This document shows positions 17,053 to 26,433 of a stretch of 33,188 bases of DNA, in pieces. Location: the NCBI GenBank assembly GCA_038893995.1, contig JAWAQK010000011.1, positions 1-33,188 on the forward strand. The letters run 5' to 3'. Each line of letters opens with the position of its first letter. Positions within the stretch are counted from its first letter, which is position 1. Below the pieces are notes generated by a model. It saw only the letters and a list, made by a program, of their open reading frames with translations, was not told where the DNA came from and searched no databases. This DNA comes from Candidatus Thorarchaeota archaeon. Its GTDB lineage: Archaea; Asgardarchaeota; Thorarchaeia; Thorarchaeales; Thorarchaeaceae. The position numbers and the translations under genes are program-made.

Positions 17053-17106
17053 CTTAAATCAATCGCCATGCGATGAATGGGACATCGAAAATCGATACAC
17101 TTTATA
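17053..17106. promoter_or_regulatory. Divergent promoter (acyl-CoA dehydrogenase / thiolase) with two ATCG-N5-CGAT palindromes
   Basis: Minus-strand TATA-like TTTAAG at about 17053-17058 and plus-strand TTTATA at 17101-17106; ATCGC-CAT-GCGAT (17062-17074) and ATCGA-AAA-TCGAT (17084-17096) lie between them. Confidence 0.55.
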
Positions 17107-17151
17107 CTGCGTTTTCTGGGGGTAGAGCCAAAGAATGTTGGGGTTATCTCG

Positions 17152-18324
17152 ATGCCACTCAAGAGGACCTGTATCGTAAGCGGGGCCCAGACCAAGTTTG
17201 GCCAGCTAGAGAACGTGACACTCCGCGAGATGTTCGCAGAGGCAGTAAACAGTGCCACCACGGCGGCTGGAATCCCCAAGAAAGACATCCAGGCTGTCTT
17301 TGTGGGGTCGTTCATTCCGGAGATGTTGGTCCATCAGGGTCACACTGCCCCCCTCCTAACCGACTTTGCCGGGTTGAGGGGTCTGCCCGCTACGCGACAC
17401 GAGGCAGCGTGCGCTTCCGGGGCCGTGGCATTGCGTGCGGGAATAATGGCGATTGAATCAGGACTCTACGATACGGTCCTTGTTGCTGCCGCAGAGAAGA
17501 TGACGTCGGTCTCGACAGCGAAGGCCACTGAGGCACTGGCAGCAGCTGCCGATGACGAGTTCGAATCAAGCATTGGGCTGACATTTCCAGGAGTCTTCGC
17601 GATGGCAGCGGTCGCACACATGCACAAGTACGGGACTACCGAGGAGGACATGGCTCTGGTCGCGGTGAAGGCTCACAAGAATGCCGCAACGAACCCGTAT
17701 GCGCAGTTTCAGAAGGAGATAACCCTGGAGAAGGCCATGACGCCAAAGTATATCGCGTGGCCCCTCAAGCTCTTCGACTGTTCCCCCATATCGGACGGGG
17801 CCGCAGCTGTCGTGCTCTCATCTGTCGACAAGGCCAAGCAGTATACCGACGTGCCGGTGCGGATCCTGGGGAGTGGACAGGCATCCGCATCCATGGATCT
17901 GTGTGCAAGGGGAGACCTCACGACCTTCGAGGCATCAGTCAGGGCCAGCCGAGAGGCCTACAAGATGGCCGGACTGGGCCCGGAGGACATGGACATGGCA
18001 GTCGTCCACGACTGCTTCACAATCGCTGAGATAATTGCGACCGAGGACATCGGATTCTTCCCGAAGGGTCAGGGAGCAAAGGCAGTACGGGAAGGTGTAA
18101 CTGCAAGAGACGGGGCGAAACCCGTGAATCCCGACGGTGGACTGAAGGCAGTAGGTCATCCGGTCGGCGCCACTGGAGTGAAACAGGCTGTAGTATGCTT
18201 CAAGCAGCTCACAGGAAGGGCGGGAGCAAACCAAGTCCCAGACTGCAAGACTGCAATAATGCACAATTTCGGCGGCACAGGAGCCACTTGTGTGTGCAAT
18301 GTGTTCAGGAGGGCTGACGCATGA
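17152..18324 (+). CDS. Archaeal/SCP2-type thiolase (acetyl-CoA acetyltransferase)
   Basis: HEAACASG, DCSPISDGAAA, VHDCF, GHPVGATG, HNFGG. Start corrected to ATG 17152 (MPLKR). Confidence 0.95.
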   Translation: MPLKRTCIVSGAQTKFGQLENVTLREMFAEAVNSATTAAGIPKKDIQAVFVGSFIPEMLVHQGHTAPLLTDFAGLRGLPATRHEAACASGAVALRAGIMAIESGLYDTVLVAAAEKMTSVSTAKATEALAAAADDEFESSIGLTFPGVFAMAAVAHMHKYGTTEEDMALVAVKAHKNAATNPYAQFQKEITLEKAMTPKYIAWPLKLFDCSPISDGAAAVVLSSVDKAKQYTDVPVRILGSGQASASMDLCARGDLTTFEASVRASREAYKMAGLGPEDMDMAVVHDCFTIAEIIATEDIGFFPKGQGAKAVREGVTARDGAKPVNPDGGLKAVGHPVGATGVKQAVVCFKQLTGRAGANQVPDCKTAIMHNFGGTGATCVCNVFRRADA

Positions 18325-18710
18325 GCGAGTCACCTAGTATCTATCAGTACAAGAAGAACATAGAGGCAGGGACCTTCAAGGCATACAAATGCAATGACTG
18401 CGGGGCGGTCATCGCACCTCCGCTGGGTGCATGTTATTCATGTGGTGGCACCAAGATGAGCTGGACAGATGTGAGCGGTCGCGGGACTCTCGTATCGTTC
18501 ACTGTGATCCACGTTGCTCCTGAGGAGTTTGCCAGTGAAGCACCTTACTACGTGGCAGTAGTGAAACTTGACGAGGGGCCCAACATCACGGCAAGGCTGA
18601 CAGGCTTTGACCCGAGCAGACCGCAGGACGTCAAGGTGGGAATGCCACTCAGGATGACATATGTCACAGCTCAGTCCGGGAAGAAGTATCTGGCATTTGG
18701 ACCTGCGTGA
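18321..18710 (+). CDS. DUF35 Zn-ribbon/OB-fold thiolase partner
   Basis: CNDC...CYSC, GTLVSFTVIH, PYYVAVVKLDEG; ATGA overlap with the thiolase stop. Confidence 0.93.
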   Translation: MSESPSIYQYKKNIEAGTFKAYKCNDCGAVIAPPLGACYSCGGTKMSWTDVSGRGTLVSFTVIHVAPEEFASEAPYYVAVVKLDEGPNITARLTGFDPSRPQDVKVGMPLRMTYVTAQSGKKYLAFGPA

Positions 18711-18767
18711 GCAAGATCACGCGCGGACAATCTGACCTGGTGTACTCTGACGACGACTCTACGGGTG

Positions 18768-19478
18768 TCAGTACTTCCTCCATTCGATCCGGACGAGCGC
18801 ATAGATGGCAACAACGACCATGAGGATTGTGAGAGACTCCACCACTCTGCCGACTAGGCCTGATGTACCCAGTCCTCCCACTATTTGGCCAACATAGTCG
18901 AGGCTCAGACGACCAGCCCAAGCCACGACCAGCATCAGGACGGTCTTCCCCAGGAGAAGAGGGGTCACTAGCTTCCACCACTGATACCGAGACACACCAA
19001 GAGGGACCATGACGGCATCATCGGGTAGGGGAGTCGCGGCGAGCAGAAACACGAGCACTGGTGTGGCCCTTGGATGCCGGGATACGAAAGATGAGAAGTC
19101 TAGCACCTGACTCGGCGGTACGAGCCTGCGTCCAAGCCTGCCGATTCCGTAGCTGATCATCTCGCCCAACATCGCTCCCGCACCTGATACGAGCCCAACG
19201 AGAGTTGGATCGAAGACAAACTCGGAGGTGACAGGATCTCGCAGGCCACCAAGCATGTATGGAACCCCCATGTATGGAATGGGGACAATTATGGAGGCAT
19301 TCCCGACAACAGACACGACGAAGCTTCCATAATACCCTGTCACGAGTGAAACATACAACAGGAGCTCGTACATCGACTGGGTGAAGGAAATTGATTCGGG
19401 GGATACGACTGAGACGGCCGTATAGACACCGAGGGCAAGCAGGCAGATGCAGAGGAAGATGTCGGAGGCTCTGGCCAT
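18768..19478 (-). CDS. DedA/VTT-domain (SNARE-associated Golgi family) membrane protein
   Basis: GNASIIVPIPY, GAMLGEMISYGIGR, LAATPLPDDAVMVPLG. Start moved to MARAS (19478) to avoid overlap with the divergent gene. Confidence 0.87.
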   Translation of the reverse strand: MARASDIFLCICLLALGVYTAVSVVSPESISFTQSMYELLLYVSLVTGYYGSFVVSVVGNASIIVPIPYMGVPYMLGGLRDPVTSEFVFDPTLVGLVSGAGAMLGEMISYGIGRLGRRLVPPSQVLDFSSFVSRHPRATPVLVFLLAATPLPDDAVMVPLGVSRYQWWKLVTPLLLGKTVLMLVVAWAGRLSLDYVGQIVGGLGTSGLVGRVVESLTILMVVVAIYALVRIEWRKY

Positions 19479-19584
19479 TGTTGCAATCGACGATGGCCAA
19501 CACCGACGAGATATCAACATTACCGTCTTCGAGAGAGTCGTGGCAGACTTAAGTGGGTCAACAGTAACTTGTGTTTGAACGGAG

Positions 19585-20844
19585 ATGCCAGAGAAGATCC
19601 GGTATGGCAGAGGTTTCATCTCTCTAGATGACTGTTTCCACGATGCTGATATCCTCACACCCCGCTCCGCCCCTGCCATTCCCGACCTCAGTAGAGCACT
19701 CTATGAGGCCCTCGACAAGACCGGCATGGTGGCAAGAATCATGAATAGTCGTGATTCCCGAGGCGATGCGGTGCTAATGGTAGATGCTCCGGCGTACTCG
19801 CCCATCGACACAGAAAGACTGTTGACACCCACGCTATCGTTCATAGAGGCGACAGGGATACGAATAGAGGATGTGCAGATCTTGGTTGTCTGTCCCGTCG
19901 CCAAGAGGGTCGGCCGTGATGACATCGGATCTATCTCGAAGGCAGTGACCAGATACCCAGTGTTCGTACACGACCCGGACGCTTCCGATGAACTTGTCAG
20001 CATGGGCAGGACCCCCACGAACGGCACTCCTGTAACAGTCAATAGACTGCTGTCCGTGTCGGATGTGCGAATTGCGGTCTCGGCCATCGTTCCTGATGTC
20101 TACACGGGTGCTACAGGAGGGTTCTCCCCAATACTACCAGGCTCTAGCGGTCTCGCCACTGTGTTGAGGCACAGACATCTGTACATGGAGGGACCATTTG
20201 GACTCTGTAGCATAGACTCACCAGTAGTGACGGATATGCGGGAGTGTTCAGAGATGGTGGGAATGGACCTGATCGTCAATGTCGTGCTGGACTGGCAAGG
20301 CTCGCCAGTGAGGGTACTCGCGGGCGAACCATCATGCTGGGAGGACGGGGTGAACACACTCAGGCAACTGTCAAGGGTGCCGCTCAGACGCAAGGCTGAC
20401 ATCACAGTCGTAGGAGCGGGAGGTCATCCATCGGACAGGACACTCTATGACGCGGCAGATGCTCTCGTCGCAGGAATGGCGGTCACAAGGAGGAATGGTG
20501 CGATTGTACTCGTGGCTGAATGCCCAGAGGGTGTGGGTCCGTCGGGATTCATCGACACAGTCGGAGGCTGTAGTTCGAGTGAGGCGGTTGCCACGTTGGC
20601 CAGGAGGAGGTTCAGGATTGGGATGGAGAAAGCAGCTCTGTTCTGGCGGGTCCTTGAACATATGCGAATCGTGATAGTGAGCACAATTGACGACAGCATA
20701 GTCGATGCAGACCTGCATTGTAGTCCTGCTCACAGCGTAGAAGAAGCGATGGAGATCGCCCAGAGGCTGGTTGGAGAACACATGAGGACCGCGGTCCTAC
20801 CTGCGGGAAACTCAACACTTCCCCTTATGCAGGAATTGGTCTAG
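19585..20844 (+). CDS. LarA (nickel-pincer lactate racemase) family homolog with degenerate active site
   Basis: N-terminal YG, VHDP, GRTPTNGTPVTVNR, GATGG..ILPG, KADITVVGAGGHPSD, AECPEGVG. Confidence 0.85.
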   Translation: MPEKIRYGRGFISLDDCFHDADILTPRSAPAIPDLSRALYEALDKTGMVARIMNSRDSRGDAVLMVDAPAYSPIDTERLLTPTLSFIEATGIRIEDVQILVVCPVAKRVGRDDIGSISKAVTRYPVFVHDPDASDELVSMGRTPTNGTPVTVNRLLSVSDVRIAVSAIVPDVYTGATGGFSPILPGSSGLATVLRHRHLYMEGPFGLCSIDSPVVTDMRECSEMVGMDLIVNVVLDWQGSPVRVLAGEPSCWEDGVNTLRQLSRVPLRRKADITVVGAGGHPSDRTLYDAADALVAGMAVTRRNGAIVLVAECPEGVGPSGFIDTVGGCSSSEAVATLARRRFRIGMEKAALFWRVLEHMRIVIVSTIDDSIVDADLHCSPAHSVEEAMEIAQRLVGEHMRTAVLPAGNSTLPLMQELV

Positions 20845-21188
20845 CGGTCGGAACTTGCTTCTCCAAACAGCCCATCTGCAGCCTTTAGGGCATCTCGGAC
20901 CTCTTCTCTAGAGAATGACTCAAGCGTTCCCTTCTTTGCGATGCGGATTGTGACCAGCGCATCCTCGTCCCGAGGGGCCATCTCCCACGATACCTCGTAC
21001 TGGGGGCGTTCATTGACAAACTGCCTCAGCATCGCGAACCATGCCTCCTTCACGTCGTCAATGCGGACGTATAGGAAGTCAATCAGGGGTATCGTGACCT
21101 CCACTGTGAGCACTCTGCCAGATGTGACGTAGTAGTTCTCTATGTTCCAGGGCAAGGAGGGCCACCCGAGAAATGGAAAGCCTTCCAT
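20841..21188 (-). CDS. Hypothetical alpha/beta protein (115 aa) directly downstream of the large receptor-like gene
   Basis: ATG start 31 bp after the upstream stop, protein-like composition, and it fills the gap up to the convergent LarA-like stop. Confidence 0.7.
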   Translation of the reverse strand: MEGFPFLGWPSLPWNIENYYVTSGRVLTVEVTIPLIDFLYVRIDDVKEAWFAMLRQFVNERPQYEVSWEMAPRDEDALVTIRIAKKGTLESFSREEVRDALKAADGLFGEASSDR

Positions 21189-21219
21189 TGAGTTGATAAG
21201 TCTTGTCCAGATGTCGGTA

Positions 21220-24200
21220 CTAGCTCGTGGAGCTACCCTTTCGACTTCGGGACCTCTCCTTCTTCTTCTTCTCTTCCTTCAGGAGTTCCTCTACCTCCTG
21301 GACGAACTTCTCGGCCTCATCCTCAGGTTTCTTGGGTTCCGGCGGAGCCTCAGCAGGAGGCCCTTCTTCAGCCTTCCTCCTGAGTAGCGCCTCAACTTCC
21401 ATGACAAACGCCTCCTCCTCAGAGGGCTTGACCACTTGGGGCTGTGGCTCTACTGGAGGCTCAGGGACCACCTGTTTCTCAGCTGCACCGGGCGGTGCAA
21501 TCGGCTCCTCTGCCTCTACAGAGACCGTCTCTGCCTCCGTGGAGGTCACGTTGGAAGAGCCAGGCTCAGGCTGAGGTTCAGTTGGTCTAACTTCGGGTTC
21601 AGTGACTGGCGTCGCAGTCTCTATAGGTCCGATCTCCTGATCTGGATGGGCCAGTGGAAGAGGACCAGGGACCTCTACCTCGAGCGGCGCGATAGCGCCT
21701 GAGCCACGCATGCGTAGGAGATGGTCAAGTACCAGAGGCTCCGACATTCCAGTCTCTCGGGCTAGCCTCGGGAGAATGTCATCAAACCGGAACTCTCTGT
21801 CGCCTACGAGCTTCTTCAGAGCCCTGAAGAGGCCCATATCACTCTTCTTCACCAGTCGATCGTTGACTATTCTGTGTGGAAGCAGCCGATCGTAGTCGAA
21901 GACAGAGTAGAGCGAACTGACAATCCATTTGCTGTCGAAACAGTCCGTAAATCCGGTCCAGCCATCCAGTTCACTGTCGTAACGTACCTCAAACAGGTCA
22001 ACAAATGTCCTCAGACGTTCTCTCAGGAACGGAGTCATCTCGCCCTCCAGGATCAGTATCCCGGCGATGTGTCTTCCAGAGTAGCCGTTCAGCCTGAGAC
22101 CCTGGTAGTTGATCTCCTCAAGAGTGCCCTGTACACCGTCTCCCTTGATCTCTCCGTAGACACTCATGACAGCAGAGATGAAACCACTCACGAGATGAGG
22201 TTCAATCTTCTGCTCAGTAAACGGATGGTAAAAGACACACGTACCGCGATTGAGGTATATTGCCATGAAGTGTCGCAACGACATCAGGTCTCTGAAGTTA
22301 TTCATCTGGTCCTCGAGTTGTTTTCTCTTTCTGAGCCTCTTGGTCCTTGCAGACCTGGTGCGTCCGTACGTGACCACCCCCACCACTGTTATGAGGGCAA
22401 TGACGAGGAGCACGTCACGCTGGGTCAGGAATCGGACGAGCAGAATGAAGAACGAAGGTGGCTGAACAGGAATGTTCGCTGCCACCTTAGTGGCCTTCCA
22501 CTGCGAATCCGTCCCCGGATACCGTGCCACCACTGTCATCCTGACGGCGCTAGGTGGAACGTCGTAGGTGGTAGTTGCCAGCCCATTCGTGCTAGTTATG
22601 GCCGAGAGTTCACTCTGCAAGACCGTGCCATTGTCTAGTTCGACAGAGATGTAGAAGGTCACGGACACACCTACCAGAGGTGCATGGGTCCCGTTGTACC
22701 GGACATACGCACCTATGGCCATGACAACTCCCTGGTAGGGCGCCAGAGGTAGCAACTCAATATAGACGCGCTGTTTGGGCTGGACTATGATCGTCGCACT
22801 TGTCGTGTTTGCACTGTATCCGTGTGCCCATGCCGCGAAGACGGCGGTGTAGCCAATCATAGACGGATCGATGGTCAGGTTGAAGACGTATCTGTAGACA
22901 CCATTTCCCACATGTACCATCGGGTAGACATTCCCTGCTACTGTCATGTTTACGATGGCAACCGTGATTGGCAGGTCTCGGTCGAGGTCACGGTATGTGA
23001 CCTGGACTGTGATATTGCAGTACTCGTAGTTCGTGTAGGAGAGAACAGAGCTGAGTGATGTGCGAATAGGTCTGACTGTGATGCTGTGGAGTATCTGCCC
23101 GTAGCTGTAGTTCTCCAGTCCAATTGTGATGTTCAGTTGATGTATAGCAAAGGACAGCATCTGTGCCGAGATTGTAAACCGGTACCGACCAGGCGCAAGC
23201 ACCTCAGTTGGGATTGAGTTGCTCCAAGAGGCGGATACGTAGGTAGCATCGATCAGTGCGCCTGTGTGCGCGTTCCTGTATTCGACGACCACGACGACGG
23301 TCTGGTTGAAATACATCACGTCTGGAATCGCTATGTCTGTCAGCATGGTGGTTGGCACTGGACGAACCTCTACGGACAGGGGTACGGTCTGATCCTCGTA
23401 TCCGTAGACAACGAAACTCGCAGAACCCGCAATCGTGCCCACTCCGAGGAAACTGCCCAGGAACGATCTGACGTAACTGCCATTGCCAAGGTCGGTCATC
23501 GGATATGTTGCGGTGCCTAAGACAAGTACAACGTTCAGACCTATCAGGGGATTGTTGGCAATATCTCTGCAGACCACTACCAGGTAAAGCTGACCATCGT
23601 AGTAGAGCGTACCCGTGGGATTGCCATCGTACCCTATGTAGTGGGGGATTATCGTCAGAGTCGTTGGCGTATCTATGACTCTGAGTGTCACATCAACGGT
23701 TGCATTAGTGTAGCCGTATGAGAGGAGATATACCCGCATCGGATACTCTCCAAGGCCAATACTCCCGTTTAGGAGTAGCCGATAGATTCCCGGTAAGATC
23801 TGATTCAGAGTGAAATTGGTGCCTCCGAGGTCCGCACGGACAACTGCACCATTCACGAGATAGCCCTGCGAACTCCTCACCGTGACATCAAGGCTGACCT
23901 GCCAGGAGTAGTACAGATCGTATGAGTACCAGTTGGGGGTCAGAGATGCAGTGTCGACAATGATGACGATCCCGTCGGTGAGATTTGTCCTATCAACGAA
24001 TCCATAACGCCATGCTCTCACTGTCGCCTGGTATGTTCCTAGTCCGAGATCGTTGACGGGGATGCTCACAGTCCACATAGTACCATTGAAGAGGAGCTCG
24101 TACACTTTCCCGTCAATGGTCACATTCACCAACGATCCTGAACTCGGCACATCGCCCCCCTGATAGCGATAGTCCACGGACAGGCGCAGCACACCGCCGT

Positions 24201-26433
24201 ACGGCACTGTGACGTTGGCCGGCGACCATGATACAGTCAGGTCTGTTGGTTCAAGAGAGATTGTGAGGGCTGTGTCTGCAGTCCTGCTGTAATGTTGGTT
24301 CTTCCAGGCACTTATAACAAGCGGGTTGTTGCCTATGTTCAACCCCATCAGACCGTTCAGGGTGACATTGTAGGTACCACTCGATGGATGCCACTGTAGG
24401 GTCCAGTAGCGCAGTCCGTCAGTTACATTCACAACTGCATTCGGAATGCTCGTACCATTTGCATATCTGTAGGAGACAGCAAGGTTCGCATCCTGAGTGT
24501 AGGTTATGCTGCTGCCTGGCGTCCACGTCAGGGAGAGCGCTAGCGTGGAGTATACTATTTCGACATCGATCGCGGCAGTCCGGTTCTGCAATGCAAAACC
24601 ACTGGCACTGATGACTATCTGATAGCTGCCGACAGACTTGCCCAGCGTCGACACAGTCGCCTTCCAGGTCCCATTGTTCAGGTCAGTCATGGGGACATAG
24701 GGAGCTCCGTCGAATGAGTATGTGACGGATGCGGCGGGTGACTTGAGTCCCTGAGGCGTGAAGGTGTCATTGTAGTAGACACTGAAACTGAAGGACTCGT
24801 CGGTGCCGACAAGCACGCTACTCTGATAGACTCTCAGGTCAGTGGGATAATAGACCACGACATCTCTAGTTCGGTACCCAGCCTCTGTACCATTGGCCCA
24901 GAAGACCTCGATCCTGTAACGACCGTTCGTAGTAGTGAATGCATCGATGTTCCACAGATAGGTGCGGATCCCGTCTGGCTCACTCTCATTTGCAGGCCTC
25001 GTGATAACAGATGTGTCTTTCCAGAATGTCAGGTTCGAACTTCCGGAGGAGACTGGGACCGATAGTGCATCTCGGAAGTTTATTGTCACGAGTAGGTCGT
25101 CGGTGATCACTACCGAGCTAGAAGCATCGATACTGGTCACGTAGTTGTGGGCAGAATACACCATTGTCCATGTTCCGTCGCTCATCTCTGTGCAGACCAC
25201 AGTCCTGCCGTGGACAGAATACTTGTCGTGATTAGTCGGCGATGACCCAAGATAGAGTCCAGTGGGAGTCCAGTCAGTCATCCTTGTCAGGTTCACAAAG
25301 CGGGAAACAGTGCCCGTAGGAATCGACGGGTAGCTCAGAGTCAGGCTCTGGTTCCATACGATAGATCCACCCGACGTTGGGGCATTCCAGAGTGTCGTTG
25401 TGGTGATGGGTCGTGAGTACCAGAGTGTCAGGGAGTATCCAACGGCGACTGATAGGTTTGAGTCGAAACGCAATTGTGTGATGTTCTTTGCACTCGTAAA
25501 CGTCCACGAGAGTCCTGACAAAGGTGTAGAGTTGCACTGTAACGCGACGCGGGAGGGATCCGAAAAACTCAGAGCGCTGCCGGAGGTGGTGTTCCAGGGA
25601 ACATAGGCATAGCGTAGGAGTGCCTCATATAGTAGTGCGCCCCCCCATTGACCATACTCCGTATCGAATCTACGTGTGTCGTACGTACCTGCTCCGTTCT
25701 GGGACCTCCACCTGATCAACGGGTAGACTCCATCGTATTCGGTCAATCCGCTTCCATCAATTATCACATAGTACTCGCTGTTGGCCGACAGATAAGCTAT
25801 GGATTGGACAGTGAGCCACGTAGCGGGGAAGATGGAGTTCATCAGTGGAGATGGGATGGTCATGTTCGACGATGACGGAGAGGACCGAACGACAAAGTAT
25901 GCAGTCCCAAAGAGAGTCCTGTTATATGTCGTAGCGTCAAGGAAGAGTGAGAAGTTGAGAAGTCTTCCGTTGTGAGGCTTCATATAGAAGCCCTGAGCGA
26001 GCTGGTTGATGTAGTAGGGTTGAGATGGTTTCTTCGTTATCTGAAAGTCCCAGCTCTCGCTGTTGACTCCGGCAACTGCGCGTTCGGCAATCGCAGTGAT
26101 ATACTGGACCTCCATGTCAACCCTGTGCAGGTTCCAACTAGGAACGAGATAGCTGTTCAGGTCAAGCACACCGGTGTGAGATGAAGGATTGGCATAGGTG
26201 TTCAGTACCTTCGTCACCTGCCCATCGAGCCTACGAGTCATATATGCGACCCCACTAAACTCGGCTCCAGTTCCGCCAGCATCAGACAGTGTCAGAACGT
26301 CTGTTGGAGAGATGATTCCCTGTGGTTGGTCAATTCTCTCATGGGGGCTGCTCACACCGCCAGGAGAGCAAGAACTTGTAAGCAGTAGTAGCAACGTGAT
26401 GGCGCAGATGAGCATCCTTGGTCCAAGTCCCAT
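21220..26433 (-). CDS. 1737-aa single-pass membrane protein: Ig-like repeat ectodomain, TM, cytoplasmic longin-like domain, winged helix, Pro/Glu-rich tail
   Basis: Signal peptide; about 100-aa beta-rich repeats with G.Y motifs and many NxS/T sequons; TM VLLVIALITVVGVVTY followed by a basic stop-transfer stretch; LRHFMAIYLNRGTCVFY...HLVSGFISAV...EEINYQG...F..RY matches the Asgard longin-like pattern as I recall it. Confidence 0.85.
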   Translation of the reverse strand: MGLGPRMLICAITLLLLLTSSCSPGGVSSPHERIDQPQGIISPTDVLTLSDAGGTGAEFSGVAYMTRRLDGQVTKVLNTYANPSSHTGVLDLNSYLVPSWNLHRVDMEVQYITAIAERAVAGVNSESWDFQITKKPSQPYYINQLAQGFYMKPHNGRLLNFSLFLDATTYNRTLFGTAYFVVRSSPSSSNMTIPSPLMNSIFPATWLTVQSIAYLSANSEYYVIIDGSGLTEYDGVYPLIRWRSQNGAGTYDTRRFDTEYGQWGGALLYEALLRYAYVPWNTTSGSALSFSDPSRVALQCNSTPLSGLSWTFTSAKNITQLRFDSNLSVAVGYSLTLWYSRPITTTTLWNAPTSGGSIVWNQSLTLSYPSIPTGTVSRFVNLTRMTDWTPTGLYLGSSPTNHDKYSVHGRTVVCTEMSDGTWTMVYSAHNYVTSIDASSSVVITDDLLVTINFRDALSVPVSSGSSNLTFWKDTSVITRPANESEPDGIRTYLWNIDAFTTTNGRYRIEVFWANGTEAGYRTRDVVVYYPTDLRVYQSSVLVGTDESFSFSVYYNDTFTPQGLKSPAASVTYSFDGAPYVPMTDLNNGTWKATVSTLGKSVGSYQIVISASGFALQNRTAAIDVEIVYSTLALSLTWTPGSSITYTQDANLAVSYRYANGTSIPNAVVNVTDGLRYWTLQWHPSSGTYNVTLNGLMGLNIGNNPLVISAWKNQHYSRTADTALTISLEPTDLTVSWSPANVTVPYGGVLRLSVDYRYQGGDVPSSGSLVNVTIDGKVYELLFNGTMWTVSIPVNDLGLGTYQATVRAWRYGFVDRTNLTDGIVIIVDTASLTPNWYSYDLYYSWQVSLDVTVRSSQGYLVNGAVVRADLGGTNFTLNQILPGIYRLLLNGSIGLGEYPMRVYLLSYGYTNATVDVTLRVIDTPTTLTIIPHYIGYDGNPTGTLYYDGQLYLVVVCRDIANNPLIGLNVVLVLGTATYPMTDLGNGSYVRSFLGSFLGVGTIAGSASFVVYGYEDQTVPLSVEVRPVPTTMLTDIAIPDVMYFNQTVVVVVEYRNAHTGALIDATYVSASWSNSIPTEVLAPGRYRFTISAQMLSFAIHQLNITIGLENYSYGQILHSITVRPIRTSLSSVLSYTNYEYCNITVQVTYRDLDRDLPITVAIVNMTVAGNVYPMVHVGNGVYRYVFNLTIDPSMIGYTAVFAAWAHGYSANTTSATIIVQPKQRVYIELLPLAPYQGVVMAIGAYVRYNGTHAPLVGVSVTFYISVELDNGTVLQSELSAITSTNGLATTTYDVPPSAVRMTVVARYPGTDSQWKATKVAANIPVQPPSFFILLVRFLTQRDVLLVIALITVVGVVTYGRTRSARTKRLRKRKQLEDQMNNFRDLMSLRHFMAIYLNRGTCVFYHPFTEQKIEPHLVSGFISAVMSVYGEIKGDGVQGTLEEINYQGLRLNGYSGRHIAGILILEGEMTPFLRERLRTFVDLFEVRYDSELDGWTGFTDCFDSKWIVSSLYSVFDYDRLLPHRIVNDRLVKKSDMGLFRALKKLVGDREFRFDDILPRLARETGMSEPLVLDHLLRMRGSGAIAPLEVEVPGPLPLAHPDQEIGPIETATPVTEPEVRPTEPQPEPGSSNVTSTEAETVSVEAEEPIAPPGAAEKQVVPEPPVEPQPQVVKPSEEEAFVMEVEALLRRKAEEGPPAEAPPEPKKPEDEAEKFVQEVEELLKEEKKKKERSRSRKGSSTS

